From Octopus sinensis (Eukaryota), in the NCBI RefSeq assembly GCF_006345805.1, contig NC_042998.1:139128001-139192000 (forward strand): 64,000 nucleotides of DNA. The letters are read 5' to 3'. The notes below the pieces were generated by a model. That model did not search any database, was not told where the DNA came from, and saw only the letters and a list, made by a program, of their open reading frames with translations. A program made the translations under genes and the position numbers. Every line of letters starts with the position of its first letter. Positions within the stretch are counted from its first letter, which is position 1. Shown here one piece after another: positions 19,654 through 34,266 of the stretch.

Positions 19654-21410
19654 CAGGCATCCCCCGTGTTACAGCTATCTCAGGTTACAGGATTTCAAGC
19701 TAAAGGAAATTGTAAAGTACGACCATTAATTTCAGGATATGGTCTGTAATTACGTTGTTATCGAAACTCATATTACATAGTTTTAAGTTGTTAACAATTT
19801 AAAACTACACTTTCTTTGTAGCTCAATGGCTACTTGCATTTTAGTTAAAATCAAAGTATATAGTTAACGATTTGAAAAACTATCAACACGTTACACACAT
19901 ATATTATGTACATAATGTTAGTATATATAGTGTGTGTATGTGCATTTCTGTCGTCAACACAAACAGCAACAGTAATATATAATATGAAGTAGATAAGCCA
20001 ATCCATTTCAAATAAAAACAATGTGATGTCCTCATGTATTTTAGAAGTTGAATAAAATTTCTTTAATCTTAGGTCTATAAGGATTGATTTCAAACTAAAC
20101 AGCCACAAGAATACAGTAAGCAAGAACAATATGACCACCACAACACCAACATTACCCACCCACCATCACTAACATCTAATTCAATGCAACCCACATAATC
20201 ACCACTATCAACCCACTAACTTGTGTTTGTACTTTCTCTTCCTCAGTCCTTCATTTTTGCATCTTACTTTCATTGTTGCATCAATAGGAATAAGACAATT
20301 TTTTGCTCTCGTAGATCAGTCTTTCCTGGGCCATTTGTGTTTTTATGATAGATTTGTTGTGGATAATTAATCAGTGCTGCTGTTGCATTTGCCTTCAATC
20401 TACGATGCCTGGAAAGAAGCTATGAGATGACAGGATTAAGTGTGAAAAGGAACTCTAAAGTCGATTATGCTGATATTAAACTGGATGTTTTAAAAACACT
20501 TGATGAGGGACGAAAGCTAAATAATAATACCAAAACATTAATTCTTGCAACATCAACAGTGGGAACAATATGTGACAAGAGAGAGAAAATTGTCAAGTGT
20601 TCAATAAGCTACTCTGCCTAGACTATTTTTCCATAGATTTAATGTAACACTTAAAACAGAAAGACTCATGAGTGATGGATCAAGGATCAGAATTGGCATA
20701 ATGTACTGATAAACACAATGGTAGAAATTTAAAAAAGGAGCCAAAAGTTTACATGATTTGCTGAAAAAGGAAGATGAAACTTGTAATGAAAAGCCCTGTA
20801 AAGGCTGGTTTGAAAGCTTTAATATGTTCATGAATTTGCACAACCTAAAAGGGACGGTTGAAACTGAAAGTGCTGATACAGAGACTGTTAATAATTATGC
20901 TGGGCAGTTGAAGTAGACTACACAGCAGAGCAAGTCCCCAATGTTGATGAAGCTGCACTTTTCTGGAAACATGTGCCTGCTAGAACTTTTATTCCTCAAG
21001 AAGTAAAATCAACACCAGGACTTGAAGCTTCCAAAAATTGTCTGACACTTCTTTGGGGAGGAAATGCTAGTGGCAGTATGAAATTAAATCCCCAACACGT
21101 GTATCACTCTGAAATCAAAAGGCTTTCAAGGGTTACACAAAGTTTAATGGATATCTAAGAGTCTTTTCAAAAAGGGGTTTACAAACTTTTTTTTTTTTAA
21201 TCCTGCAGTTGGAAGGTACAGTGCCAGACATACTATTTCCAAAAAAGCACTGCTCCTTTTAGACAATACTGAGCCACCCAGAGAACTTAGATGACTTTTC
21301 TGATAATGTGATAGTAGAATATACTCCCAAAACAAAACTTCTTTGCTCCAGCCAATGTATCAATTTGGAGCATATTATATGAATAAAACTTTCAAACAAC
21401 ATATGACAGG
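19654..21410 (+). mobile_element. Tigger/pogo-family DNA transposon relic
   Basis: TA + CAGGCATCCCCCGTGTTAC left TIR-like end. Transposase remnants: CENP-B-type HTH (IKLDVLKTLDEG...LATSTVGTI), NVDEAALFWK.PARTFI...LTLLWGGNASG, ALLLLDN and TSLLQPM(Y)Q. No right TIR seen. Confidence 0.82.
20405..21370 (+). pseudogene. Disrupted pogo/Tigger DDD transposase
   Basis: Fragments in different frames (track ORFs 20427-20621 and 20973-21158) with stops and frameshifts. The third catalytic Asp reads Tyr. Confidence 0.8.
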
Positions 21411-24400
21411 GATGTGACTATGGTATCCTTCATATTTGTCCTAGATTTGAACATGATTGTTATCATGCTGCTTTAAATAAATCTTGGTTAAGCAAACCAG
21501 TAATCAAAAATATTCTAGCCATGACCAGCACACCTTTTTAAGAATATTGAAGACAATATCATTCACTGAATCACTCCATACTTGAGACAGTGAAGCTGTA
21601 ATTTGAGAGAGATTTTACTGGTATTTCTAAAAAATTGAGTGACCATGTTGAAAATCCCTCAGTTGGTTCATGCATGAAGTCTTCTAAAACCATTTTGAAG
21701 TTTTTCTGCCACTGAACTGGCACTTTACATCCTAAATGACCAACACACAGCTCACCAAACCAACTGCAACAACCACTCAGGTGACAGCTTCTACCTATTA
21801 ACCACAACACAACACACTCGCATCAATGTAGAAAGCAAAAGTACTTCTAAAAAAAAAATGAAGTAAACTAGAACAAGTTCTACTGAGAGACAAAATTTCA
21901 AGGTTTTAGAATTCTACTATCCTTCAATCACAAACACTGCAATACTTAGATTCTTCAAGAATCTAAGTCCACTTTAACAGTTTGCATCTCCAGTCTGGCA
22001 CACCCCATATTGTCTACAATATCAGTCTGCTGGAAGCTGTCCAGAGATATCCAACCAGAACCCTCTGTCAGCTACAAAATTATCCATCTTTCCAACCAAA
22101 ACTTTGACCACGTTTTCGGATTTCTTCTACTTCCCATCTATCAAATCCATTCACAGAGCATAGGTCAAACTGAGAGCATAGTAGAAGACTCAAATTGAGT
22201 CCCACTGTGTGACCTAAAGTGCCAACCACATGGCTGGAAAGTGATCATCTTGATTATATAGCCATGCCACATATCCATTAAAAACATTTAATTTTCAGAA
22301 TTGAGTCAAATTCACTTACTATAAACCAAGGATCCATTTGTGTACATGTCTAGAATGTTAAATGTACATGTATGATAGACTTCACTGAAATATGGATATA
22401 AGATGGTGTGTACTCTGCCAAGTGTAGTAATCATCCAAACACATTGTCATACATAAATCTCTACTGTAATCCTGCTGAGCTGAAAGGGTACCTTTTGTCT
22501 TGCAAGCTACACAGTGACCTTATATTCAGGTACTGGTCACATTAAGAGTCGCTAGCACTAACCTCACAACAGCTATAACTAATCAACTAAACATTTATAT
22601 CTGATGAAACAGTAATAACTAGTTAATTACTTGAGCCTTTGTAATCAGAGAGTACCTCTTAATGGAATCCAGACTGAAAGAGAGGAATTACAATGTTCTT
22701 TGTACCTTTCAAAATTATATTATATTCTGCCAAGTGTAGTAGTCGTCTAAACACATTGTTATACATAAATCTGTGTTGTAAAAGCAACCAGCACACCCTG
22801 TAAAGTATTAGGAAGGGCATCCAGTTGTAGTAACCATGCAAGCAGTAACAAAAAAAATTTTTTTAAAGAAACACATGTAAGTAGCCAAGATTTTAACTTG
22901 GAAGAAAAACAAAGACAATGAAAGTGGATGTATATTTATTATTCTGTTCAATCTGTTGTTTCCATCTGTATTTACATTATTATTATTATTATTATTATTG
23001 TACATAACTTCATTCAGATTGATCTGATACTTGACCACTCAACAAACAGTCTCAAAACATTGGACGGCGGCAATAGCAACAACAAAGCAAAGGGCCACTG
23101 AAGCAGCCAGTCTCTTCTCCTCACTCCTGGATGTAATATCCTATGGAGGAGTCACTTTGTATAAAAATCTGCTACATCTAAACTCTTCTGCCAAGAGCCA
23201 AATCAAGTGTATTAAGAAAGAAGACAACTAACATTTCAGCAGATGTACCTGAATATTATTACCAGTCAATAACCAAATGGTCTGGTGACTTTATATCAGT
23301 TGTCTCAATTTCTGTAAGTAACTAGAATTGAGTACATCTTTATATAAATGTCTCCCTATGCCTGTCTATCTCAATTTAAAATGAAAATTAGCCAACAAGT
23401 CAGTATCCAGTTTAAAGGCTACTCTTTAAGGGAAGAGTGACCTCCCCTGGTTTTCCTTGCTTCATTTGTGGCTAGGCATATGGAAAATTTCACATTTTAA
23501 TAATTTTGTTGGAATAAATTTATTCTAGACGCTATCCCTGCCACTTTCTACTCAACCATGAGATGACAGGATTAAGTTGAGACAGTGAAAGTTGAACTCA
23601 GAATCATGAGACAACAAAATAGGATGGTGCAAAGTGTCCAGTCTCAGGCATTGACTCTCCACTTTGGAATGTACAAAGATTTCATTCAGCAAAAATATTC
23701 ATTTTCCTACACTGTACTGAAAACCAGAAGAATATAGAGAGAGAGAGAGACAGAGAGTATGTACGCATACATACATTTTATATGAGAAAATATGATTACT
23801 CTGTTTATCATAACCAGAAATACTACTAACAGTACAGTAGTAAACCACACCACTATACTGGAAGAAGACTGGATGATGAAACTCTACATGGACTGCTAAA
23901 CTCACACATCTAACTGTACATACAAGATATATTGGATATGCATGTGTGTACTTTACCATACTTCTGCCCAGTAAGTCTTATCTAACCCCACTTTCAATTA
24001 TGCAATAATATGTTAGAAGAGAGAAAATAATGTGGAGCAGGTAGCTAGAGATAGAATCTATTTCCTAATCCCACCCACAAAAAAAAAAAAGTCTTGTATA
24101 CTCTAAAAGTAAGAAGAGAAAAATATATACACAGATTTGGCTGCTTCAGTGTTTCCCAGTTGCCATGGCCGAAGCAAGAAAACAATTCTCTACCAACATT
24201 GGTAACCGATGCTTACAAAATAATGAGGGTTTTTTTTTTTTTTTTTTTTTTACATAGGTAACAAGCCTCAAATTTATATGAATGGGGAATTGGAAGTTGT
24301 GATGTTTATGCCTTTCCCAAGGATATAAGTGAAGTGGATTCTAACTTGGTCACAGACTCACAAACATGTCAATTAACAAGGGGTTATTGCCTCACCATAC

Positions 24401-25277
24401 CATCCATCAATGATAATAAATAATGCAGCATGTATAAAACTTTTCCTTTACACTTTCATGAACGATGGCACAGTTGTCTGGTAAACATGTTCACCATCTA
24501 AAATGTTCATCTGATGTCGTGAACTTTTGACCAATTAAAATGTTCCCCGAGTGAAGATCATTCCTTCCATAAACAGTATCATGTCTTCAGGTGGATGATC
24601 AACATTCCAATGTTAACCACTTACTCATGGAATCAAACCTTTTCAACATACTATACCCTAAACACCAAAACATTACTGAAGCATGATGAAGCTGTCATGT
24701 CAGAGAACCTTAGAGTCCAAAATATGACAGAAAAGATAATAAATTGAGAGGGCATGAGTTCTGTTACCAATTTTTTCCCCTTGTCATAAAGAATATTACC
24801 TAAAACAACTGATTTTACTAAAATCATAGAATCTTTTTGGAGACTTCCACATGAAATGATAAGTAAACTGTTTAAATATATATGTAACAAAAAGAAAAGA
24901 TCAAATCCATTTAAAAGCTACAGTATAAAATTCTATAAAACGGTTGCCCTATGAACAGTATTATCACAACAGAAACCATTATTGTAAAAAATAAAAGAAA
25001 CCACCATTATTATTATTATTATTATTATAATAATTACTTTTGACAGAGCACTGAAGACAAGTTTATAATACATGAAAATAGCATGCAAGCCTATACCTAT
25101 ATCACTGAATGAGAAATTATTCCAACTGTACTTGGTTATATAACAATCACAAACAAAAATGCCTTAAATGATCTGCTTTGAGCCACATGACAGAAAAATC
25201 ACACCATTGCACAATAGAAAATTTTCTGGACATACAAGTAATAAAGTATGGTTAAGATTCCAGCAACTTTTTGGAAC

Positions 25278-25562
25278 AAAGGCACGTGGCCTAGTGCTTA
25301 GGGTATTCTACTTACAATCACAAGACCATGGTTTCGATTCCAGAACTGGGCAGTGTATTGTATTCTTGAGCAAAACATTTCATTTCACATTGTTCCAGTC
25401 CACTGAGCTGTGATTGAGTAACCCTGCAATGGACTGGCATCCTGTTCAAGGGAAAATATTGTGATCTTGGTTACTTTTACACCATGAAAACCAGGTAACC
25501 AGCCCTATGAGTTTGAGGACTCGAAACAGTGATGCCCAGGAGTTGATGATGATGATAATGAT
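25278..25562 (+). mobile_element. tRNA-derived SINE (related copies ~26050-26320 +, ~27445-27740 +, ~42590-42905 +, ~46960-47272 -)
   Basis: GTGGCCTAGTG..TAGG A-box, GGTTTCGATTCC B-box, shared body TTCTTGAGCAA...TTTCACATTGCTCCAGT.CACTCAGCTG. Confidence 0.7.
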
Positions 25563-26785
25563 TCTTTTGGACATTACCACATTAAGCTAACTGCAGCTCC
25601 CCAGGATTAAAAAAAAACCCCAGCAAACTGTCGAACTTGAATGGAGTGAAACAATGGTGACTTTATAATAAAAGATTGCCAATGCTTTTGTTAGCTTTAA
25701 ACACTCTTCTTGCTTTTGTAGCAGAATTTATATTCCATAAAATTTAAATCATTCTCACACTTTCAGATATTCCACCCCCAAGAACATTTAATCCTTGCCT
25801 TACCATATTTTTGTCAACATACACTGCCTTTGTTTCAATTCATTTCTAAAATAATGAAGTATTTAACAAAATAATTTTCTCATTATTAAGCAGGGGTCTG
25901 GAACGAATTAGCACAAAATTTTGATGGAAGATAAAAAATTTGGACCACTTTAAAACATTATGAGATAGAACCTGGGGTGGTCTCAGACAGGTTGGTATCA
26001 AAAGAGTGAAAGTTTAACAACAGTATGTATGATTGTAAAAAGGCCCAAGACCTAGTTAGGGTGCTACACTCAATTATAAAATTGTGGTTTTGATTCCTGA
26101 ACCAGGCAACGTATAGTGTTCTTGAGCAAACCATTTTATTTCACACTGCTCCAGTTCACTCAACTGTAAATGAGTTCAACCAATAGCTGGGAAGTTAACC
26201 TTGTGATGGACTGGCACTCCATTCAGGGGGTGCAGTGGAGTGTTATCATTTCAGTCACTTATAAACCAAGGAAACTGGATTAAGCTTGACCTTATGAGTC
26301 CCAAGGTTCATTATAGACCTAAGCATATATATATTTGCTAGTATTCAAAAGAAGACAAAGATGTTTTGTTGTGAAACTTCAGTCTGTCAAAACTAAAACA
26401 ACAGGGTGAAAAAAAAAATGTGTAATTAAATGGACCAAATAACAGATTCCAGGAAATAAAATTTTCTCAATAAATCAACTTATTAGAAAATATATAACCA
26501 TTTAATAAACATTTATTTAGAGTAATAATGTATGTTATTTACTACAACAGTGTCCAGGTCACCTATGATCAATGTATTCTAGCCATGACTACCTCACCTT
26601 ATATTCAGACAACATATCCAAAAGTACATTATCTAATGTGTACTTCTTTTATTTATGATAGTACAGTGGAGTTGAGGGGGGGGGGATTTGGCTACTGTTT
26701 CTAACAGATCAAGCGACTAAATAAAAGCTGCTTCACTGACTCAAGTAGTACTGCAGAGAATGGGTATCATCCATTGATTTTCATG

Positions 26786-26829
<44 letters not shown>

Positions 26830-27237
26830 CCACACAATATGACAGACAGTTAATTTATTACTCCAGAGCAGTTTTCATTAGAACTGTATATACTAATGTT
26901 ATAGAGATAAAGATAGGGAAGATAGAGGGTGGGTAAGATTTCATAGCCAATTAACTTTCAGTAATTGGCCTTGACCATCAAAAAAAAGAACAAATAACCA
27001 GTGATCCTCCCAAAGAAAATATCAAATGAATCCGTCTACCCAACATAATTCAAAGCTGTGACTACTAAAACTCCTAGTGAAATGCCATTGATTACATACA
27101 CACAAAACACACAAGATCTCAACTGATGAATGATACTATAACAGTTATCATAAAGAATTAACTGCCTGATATATTGAAATTAAACAGAACCATTGTTATT
27201 AAGAACAAGGTAATTTCTTTTACAAAAATTATTTTAA

Positions 27238-27434
27238 CCCTTTAGCATTCAGATTGCTCTGTCAAATGTAATTCACATTGTTTTGAGTAAATCATGCATT
27301 ATCTTGTAGCTGTGAGGTTTTGATGATATGATTGTTTATTTTTAGAATGACATTGTAAAGTTGGTGTAAAAGGTTTTGAACATAAAAGAGGTAGAATATT
27401 TTGGTCAGATATGGCTAGTGTAAATGTTAAAGGG
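27238..27434. mobile_element. piggyBac-type MITE, ~197 bp
   Basis: TTAA on both sides; TIRs CCCTTTAGCATT / AATGTTAAAGGG. Family members at 36466-36656, ~42190-42412 and 61216-61416. Confidence 0.85.
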
Positions 27435-28598
27435 TTAAAGAATGTGAAGGTGTGCCTTAGTTCTTAGTTAGGGTGTTGGGTTCATGATAGTAACGTTGTG
27501 GTTTCGTTTCTCCAGACTGGGTGGTACACTGTATTCTTGAGAAAATTACTTCATTTCATGTTGCTCCAGTTCACTCAGCTGAAAATGTATCTCAGCAGCA
27601 GCTGGACAGAGGAGTTAATCCTGCAGCAGGCTGGCATCCCGTTCAGTAGCAGTATCATACTCTCACTCCCTTAGATGCTATGTAAACTGAGATAAACTCT
27701 AGCCTAATGAGCCCATAGGGTTTGTAACAGACTTAAGACCTAATTTTTTAAAGAACACTGGATGCAAGCAAGACTGCAGTTAAGCAGTCTGCTTTGCAAT
27801 CATTTGGTTTTAGGTTTGATCCCACTGTGCAATACCTTTGAGCAAGTGTCTACTGTCATAGTCTCAGATTAACTAATAGAGTGAAATTTGACTGGAGAGG
27901 GAGAGAGAATTGTTGCAGAGAATAAAATGTGGCATTTAGGTATTCAGTTATGGCCCTTTAGACCAATTCGGACTTAGCAAATTGATAAATAGAAATCAAT
28001 AAAAAATCATCTAAAATCCCTTAGGGCAGTACCCTAACATGCCTTAAAAGAAAAACTAATATATTTGCTTATTAAATAATATTATAACATCATTCAAGTG
28101 ATTATTCACATACACTTGAATGAAAATAAAAGGTAAAATAGTTTAAAATTGAAATGGTTATGAATAAAGGAAGTGCAAACCACAATACACAGATACTAAA
28201 TTCTTAACAAGTTTAATACATAATCATACACACACACCTGTCATTACTGATCAAAAAGGGAATTTAACTTTATCTCTGACCCACTTGCATAACCAATCCC
28301 AATTTACTAGGATAAGTTTTGCAGACAACAGGTACCAAAAATGAATTTGTGCCATGCTAATCCTTACCCTTGTTATAGCAAGCATAACTTGCTGATCAGA
28401 AACTATTAGAGAACGAATAATATTCTTTCAATAAGATCTAAGAAAGAGAGAGAGTGTGTGTGTATGTGTGTGTAAAATATTTGGCCTCAACTCTTAAGAT
28501 ATTAGAAGAACATTTTTCTCGGAATTAAAAGCTAAAATATGCGAAGATGGAAATGATTTTTTCTAAAAAATCAATACTAGAAACAATAACATATTTAT

Positions 28599-28647
<49 letters not shown>

Positions 28648-31351
28648 TATTATGATGTTACATATTTCAGTTCTATTCCAGCAGTTAAAATTACTAAAAT
28701 TTAAGTACCTCGCAACAAAAATGATTATGTTAAAAACTAGGAATTAAATTTAAAGTTTATGTAGGAACAACATCCAATAATATCATTAAAACAGCAGAAA
28801 ACAGAAGATATGCATTTTCTATTTTTACATTTTGTATCACTTTTTTAACTATTTATAATTCAATAGAGTCTTTTAAAAAAAATGGTTAAACTTTCCTGCT
28901 TTGTCTTTAATTCTTAATCCAGTTTGATAGCAATAAGTCAAGAGCTACATTTGTTCTCCAAACATGAAGCATGAGAGCTTGTGATCCACCAAACATATAT
29001 TCCTACATGCTGACAATGTAACATACTGTTGTATAAACCAATACCACACCTTCGTAAAACTATTTCTAGCAGGTTAAAATACTTGACAACCCACAGGAAG
29101 ATATGAAGACATCCAACTTTGGAAATTAGCAAAAATTTATGTCTACTAATCCAAAACATTTTTTCTACAGATTAAAAAATATATATAAAACAAACAGAAG
29201 AAATCACTTCAGAAACCAACAGGAATGTTTATCCCAGCCTCTTTGGTATTCGTTCTTTCTCTGTTATACTGCTGTCAAGTGTAGCAATTCACAAAGCAGA
29301 TTACAAAACAGCAAACAGACAGGTGTCTGCTGAACATTAACACATCCATTGCAAGAGCTTTCAATGAAAAAGTTATCACAGTTTTGGACAGACTTTACTG
29401 CAAAACTCTACCAAATATCTATAACAAAACTGATCACAACAGTATTGAATGTTAAGTCCAGTTAGAGGTTTCAGAAAATTCTCAATTATTATTTATTGAT
29501 TTTTGTATTTTCTTTTTGGCGTTTTTTTTTTCATAACATTTCACTAAAACAACATATTTCCATTCCTTCTTTCCTTTCCCATCTTTTTATTTTGAATTTT
29601 AATCTTTTTTTTTTTTTTTTTACCTGCTCACACTTAACCATTCGAAACCAAGGAAAATGTTTTATCCTTTCATAATTAAGAGAAGAGTGTATACAGAACT
29701 AATTAAGTCCAACAGACAAGATATCCTGCGATAATGACAGCCAAAACAATATGAAGATGATGGCTTTAGATTGTGTGACGCAGTTTACATTTATTTCCCT
29801 GGAATTACTCCCAGCAACAGGTAGCAAACTTCTGTTTTTATACATATTAGCAGAAAGCTAAGTTAGAAGAACTTCGTTGGTAATAAATGTTTTCTTTTTA
29901 ATAGAGGTAAATAAATAAAATAAATAATGTCTTGAATGCAGATCAGATGATTTTATTTTTGTTTTGTAATGCATGGTCACCAAAACAAGGGAGCTAGTCA
30001 AGTCAGAGTAATAATTTGGACTCAGTAACAATAGATCTTTAAATCTCTTTAGAGTTTAGCTTTTCCCAAAGTCTGAATAATTACCATCAAAGAAATGGCA
30101 CTGGTGTGTAATGTAAGCATAAGCTGTTGGTTAAGTTTCCCCAAAAAACATAGAAATAGATTTCAGCTTTGATTCCAGTTTAATTGAGAGATGTCTGTCC
30201 AGGTGTATGTATGTATGTATATATATATATATATATATATAACCACTAATTATGCTTCAAGCTACAATAACATGTTTTAATATATCTTTTCCAAAACAAT
30301 CAGAGATCATTTTTTACTTTAACAGAACCATTTTCTTTGAAGGAACTTTTAAAAAAAAATGATTTTAAAAAACAGAGTAAATCAGGTATTCTGTGTGATG
30401 TGGAGGGTTCCGTTTCAAAAATGGTAGAATATGTAACTGCTACATTCCATCATAGCAGTAGACCTAGTTTTACCGTGGAATACTGAAGTTGGAAGAAGAA
30501 CAAGATAGCTCAGGTGTGTGTGTGTGTGTACATATATATATATATGTATGTATGTATGTTTGTTATTGTGTGTATGTGTGTGTATTTATCATCATCATCA
30601 AGATTCTAAACTGCAAATGATTGTTTCACAATGCTCTGACTACTATTATTATTACTATTATACATAGTCAGCTACTAACAACAAAAACAGAAACAGTAGC
30701 AACTATCTTGTACAGTGACAGCTCTATGAAAGGTGGTGGAAAGGAAGAGGGGGTATAAATAAAAACAAAATGACAACAACATGAGGGAAGGGTTGGTTCT
30801 CAAGCTGAAACAGTGAGGCACAAGGCAGAAACAGAACAAATTCTTAAGCAGATTGTTTTGAGTAGTTTGCATAAACAGTTGGTCTTTAATGAAAAGAAAT
30901 GTCTTTGGTAATGAAACAGTTACAATAGATGTTTAATGGCAGCAATTAGACTTTGATTTTGTGTGTTATCAGCACGAACAGTTTGGTTGTCTTGCAACAT
31001 TTCTCTCTTCTCTGATTGGTATAAAATCTCACCAGATGGGGGGAAAAGTGATATTGGTAGAAGTGCTACAGCAGGAATATCAGTGAGCAATAGTTTTCAG
31101 TTTGCAGACAGTTCAATAAAACAAGATGGAACTTCAGATTATCTGCGCAGGCAGCAACAATATACAGACGGGATGAAGGTTATTTCAGACAAAGTTCTTT
31201 AAGTTGTAAATCATATGGAACTGTGCAGAAGTGCCTTCCTTCTGTTGGAACTGGTTCAATGTGAATTGTTAGTAAAACACCGATACAGCTCAGAGTCAAG
31301 TTGACAGTGATGGCAATAACAATAACAACAACAGAAATAACAACCACATGC

Positions 31352-31417
31352 TTACAGTTTCTGTTGCTGGTATTTGGAGAGCAGTGCCTCAAGTAGACGT
31401 AACCTAGCTTTTACTTG
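31352..31417 (-). CDS. FAM13A: FAM13-family gene, terminal coding exon (QVKARLRLLEALLSKYQQQKL*)
   Basis: TTTTCTCTTGCAG acceptor, TAA stop. Matches the FAM13 C-terminus 'HIKAKLRLLEVLISK'. The A/B/C paralog label is not resolvable. Confidence 0.9.
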   Translation of the reverse strand, partial: QVKARLRLLEALLSKYQQQKL

Positions 31418-32195
31418 CTGCAAGAGAAAAAGGAAAAACAGAAATGACAATTAGTCACAAAAATAATGATATCTCACATTAGCATCATCATCATCATCAT
31501 CAATATCATTTTAGCATTCCTTTTCTATGCTTGCATAGATTGTTCAGAGTTCCCTGTGGCACATTTTCTTCAGCTGGATGCCCTTCCTATTGCCAAGATA
31601 GTACTATCCCATGGCCAGACATGTTTTTACAAAATACTGGAGATGAACAACACTGCTTGTATGACAGTGACACTTATTTACAACTGTAACATAATGTCAA
31701 AATATGGACATGGACAGATGGATGGACGGCGGGGGGGGGGACACCAGGTTTTTTCCAGTTTTCATCAACCAAATTCACTCACAAGGCTTTCATCAGTCTG
31801 GAGCTAGAGTAGAAGACCCTTGTCCAAGGTTTCACAGTGGGATTGAACCCAAAACCATGTGGTTTAGAAGCAAACTTAATCACATGCCTGCTCCTAGAAA
31901 TATGTATATATACAAGCCTGGGAGTGGAGACATACAAGCAGTGTTATTCATATCTAATATTCTGCAAAAATATATCTGACCATGGGGAAAGATGATTTTA
32001 CTTGGAAACAGGTGCATAGGAAGGGCATCCAAGCATAGAAAACCTGGTTCAACTACCTATCTAACCCATACAAGCACAGATAAGTGGACATTAAAATGAT
32101 GATTATGGCAAATCAAAGCAAGTTCTATTTATTTAAACTAATACAAATATTGTGAATGTGTATAAATGGTTTTGAAACACAAAATTTAACCTTAC

Positions 32196-32250
32196 TTTGT
32201 ATTCTTGGTAATCTTCTTGTAAAGGAATTTTATCTTCTTTCTGCACTTTT
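32196..32250 (-). CDS. FAM13A: FAM13-family exon ((R)KVQKEDKIPLQEDYQEYK)
   Basis: CAG/GTAAG, 55 nt, phase 2-0. Matches 'RNVQKEDRTPMAEEYSEYK'. Confidence 0.9.
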
Positions 32251-33972
32251 CTGGAAAAATAAATATATATATATATATATATAAACCAACATAGAGAATT
32301 TTATCGTAATAGAAGGAAACAGAAGAATTGGTAGAGAAATCTAGAGAAAAAAATTGATTAAAGTTCCAAATGACTTAAAATTATAACCCTCTTTCATACT
32401 TTAACCGGTTAAAATCTGGCATAAAGCCATCCACATCTCAAAAACTACCCCCACACCACCCTCTTAATAGAGGGCACTTTTTCTTTTTCCTGCACTTTTC
32501 TTGTCTTATAAATTATTTGGCAAGCCCTTAAGTGATAGTGGCATGAGAAAAGCACCCAGTACCACACAGTACACTGTGTAAAGTGGTTGGTTTTAGAGGA
32601 CATCAAGCCATAGAAGCCATGCCAAAGCTGACATCAGGGCTTGGTGCAACCCTGCAGCTCACCAGATCCTGTCAAAACATCTAGCTGAAGCCAGTATGGA
32701 AAATGGATGCTAAGTGATAATGATATATAAATATTGTTGTTCAGTCACAGGTTGGCTTTGATGGAGCATATTGGTGATTAGAGATATTCAAGCTACGACT
32801 GTCCCTTTTTTGTTTTTTAGTAACACTACATGTCAGATCACATTATCCAATGTGTATTTTTTTACAATAATCAGGGGTATGGTTTGAAGGAAATGTGGTT
32901 GCTATTTCTATCAGACCAGGCAACAACCATAGAAGTTTGTGTGATGGCAACGATACTCATTTTACTTCTGAGATGTGATTTTGATTCACATACAAGTGAT
33001 GAGATTACAATCAATCAATGACTTACTTTGATGACTGAGAATTTAAATCTCAAATCCTGCCAGGTTTAACAGAACTATTTGCTCATCTGAGGTCCATCAG
33101 GAATTTTTAAGGGAAGTGGGCCATATGGAGTTTCTGAAGTAAAATATCTGAAATGCTGCCCCAGGATAGCCTAGGCACAGATGAGATTGTGTGGTTAAGA
33201 AGTTTGCATCTCAACCACATGGTTTCAGGTTCAGACTTACTCCATGGCACCATAGGCAAATGTCTTTTACTATAGTACCAGGTCAATCATATTCTTGTAA
33301 ATGGATTTGGTAGACAGACACTGAAAGAAGACTGTCATATGTGTGTATGCTTGTATCATCTCCTTGTCCTGACATTACATGATAGTTGTAAATGAGTGTC
33401 ATTGTCATATAAGCAGCAGCATACATTTCCAATGTTCTGTGAAAACATGCTTGGCCTTGGTGAAATATTACCTTCTTTGGTAACAAGTGAGGGTTGACAA
33501 CAGGAAAGGCATCTGGCCATAGAAAATTTTCATCAACAATTTTCATCCAACCCATGCAAGCATGGAAGAATGGATGCTAAAAGCTGCTAATTTTTCTATA
33601 ATTAGTGATGTGTTTAATAGCTTTATTTGAACGAGCTGATTAGAGCCAGTTACCACAAAGTTGTTGTTGCTGTTCTCGAGTTGAATAACCTTAAGCAGCT
33701 CTATCTTAAGATACAAATATGAAACAGAAGAAACCAAACAGAGATTTGGATGCAAGTCTCAAATTCTTCTACATCTAACCTGCCAGACTTCAGTTTGTAA
33801 CCAAGTTGGAAACCCTGACTATAGTGGCTGGTTGTGTGTAGAAGGAAGCAAGCAGTGAGAGCGTACCTCATCTTTTTTCCTAATTGTCTGTCTATATACA
33901 TTTAGAGATGTGAATGTGTCAAGAGTAGAAACAAATTATGTGTACTTAGTCAGTAGATTCATATGTAATCTG

Positions 33973-34266
33973 TGTGGTGTCACACAAAAGCGCCCATGTG
34001 TGTCACACAAAAGAGCCCATGTGGTGCCACATAAAAGCACCCATACAGTGCCATGTTAAAGCACCCATGTGACACCAGTAAAAGTGCCCATGTGATACCA
34101 CATAAAAGCAGCCAGCACACACTGTAAAGTAGATGGCATTAGGAAGAGCATCCAGCGGTAGAAACCACACCAAATCAGACTGAGGTCTGGTGCAGCCTTC
34201 CAGCTTTAGTCACACCATCCAACCCATGCCAGCAAGGACAATGGATGTTAAATGATGATGATGATG
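33973..34266 (+). mobile_element. RTE 3'-tail copy preceded by a ~24-bp minisatellite (about 6 units)
   Basis: Units of GTGCCAC.TAAAAGCACCCAT (33973-34112) run into CATTAGGAAG.GCATCCAGC...AACCCATGCCAGC...(GAT)n. Confidence 0.8.

Noticed and set aside
24420-24650. Higher-complexity segment that looked like an exon or transposase remnant
   Set aside because: The minus-strand frames I translated close quickly, no long ORF is in the track, and I recognised no motif or splice pair.
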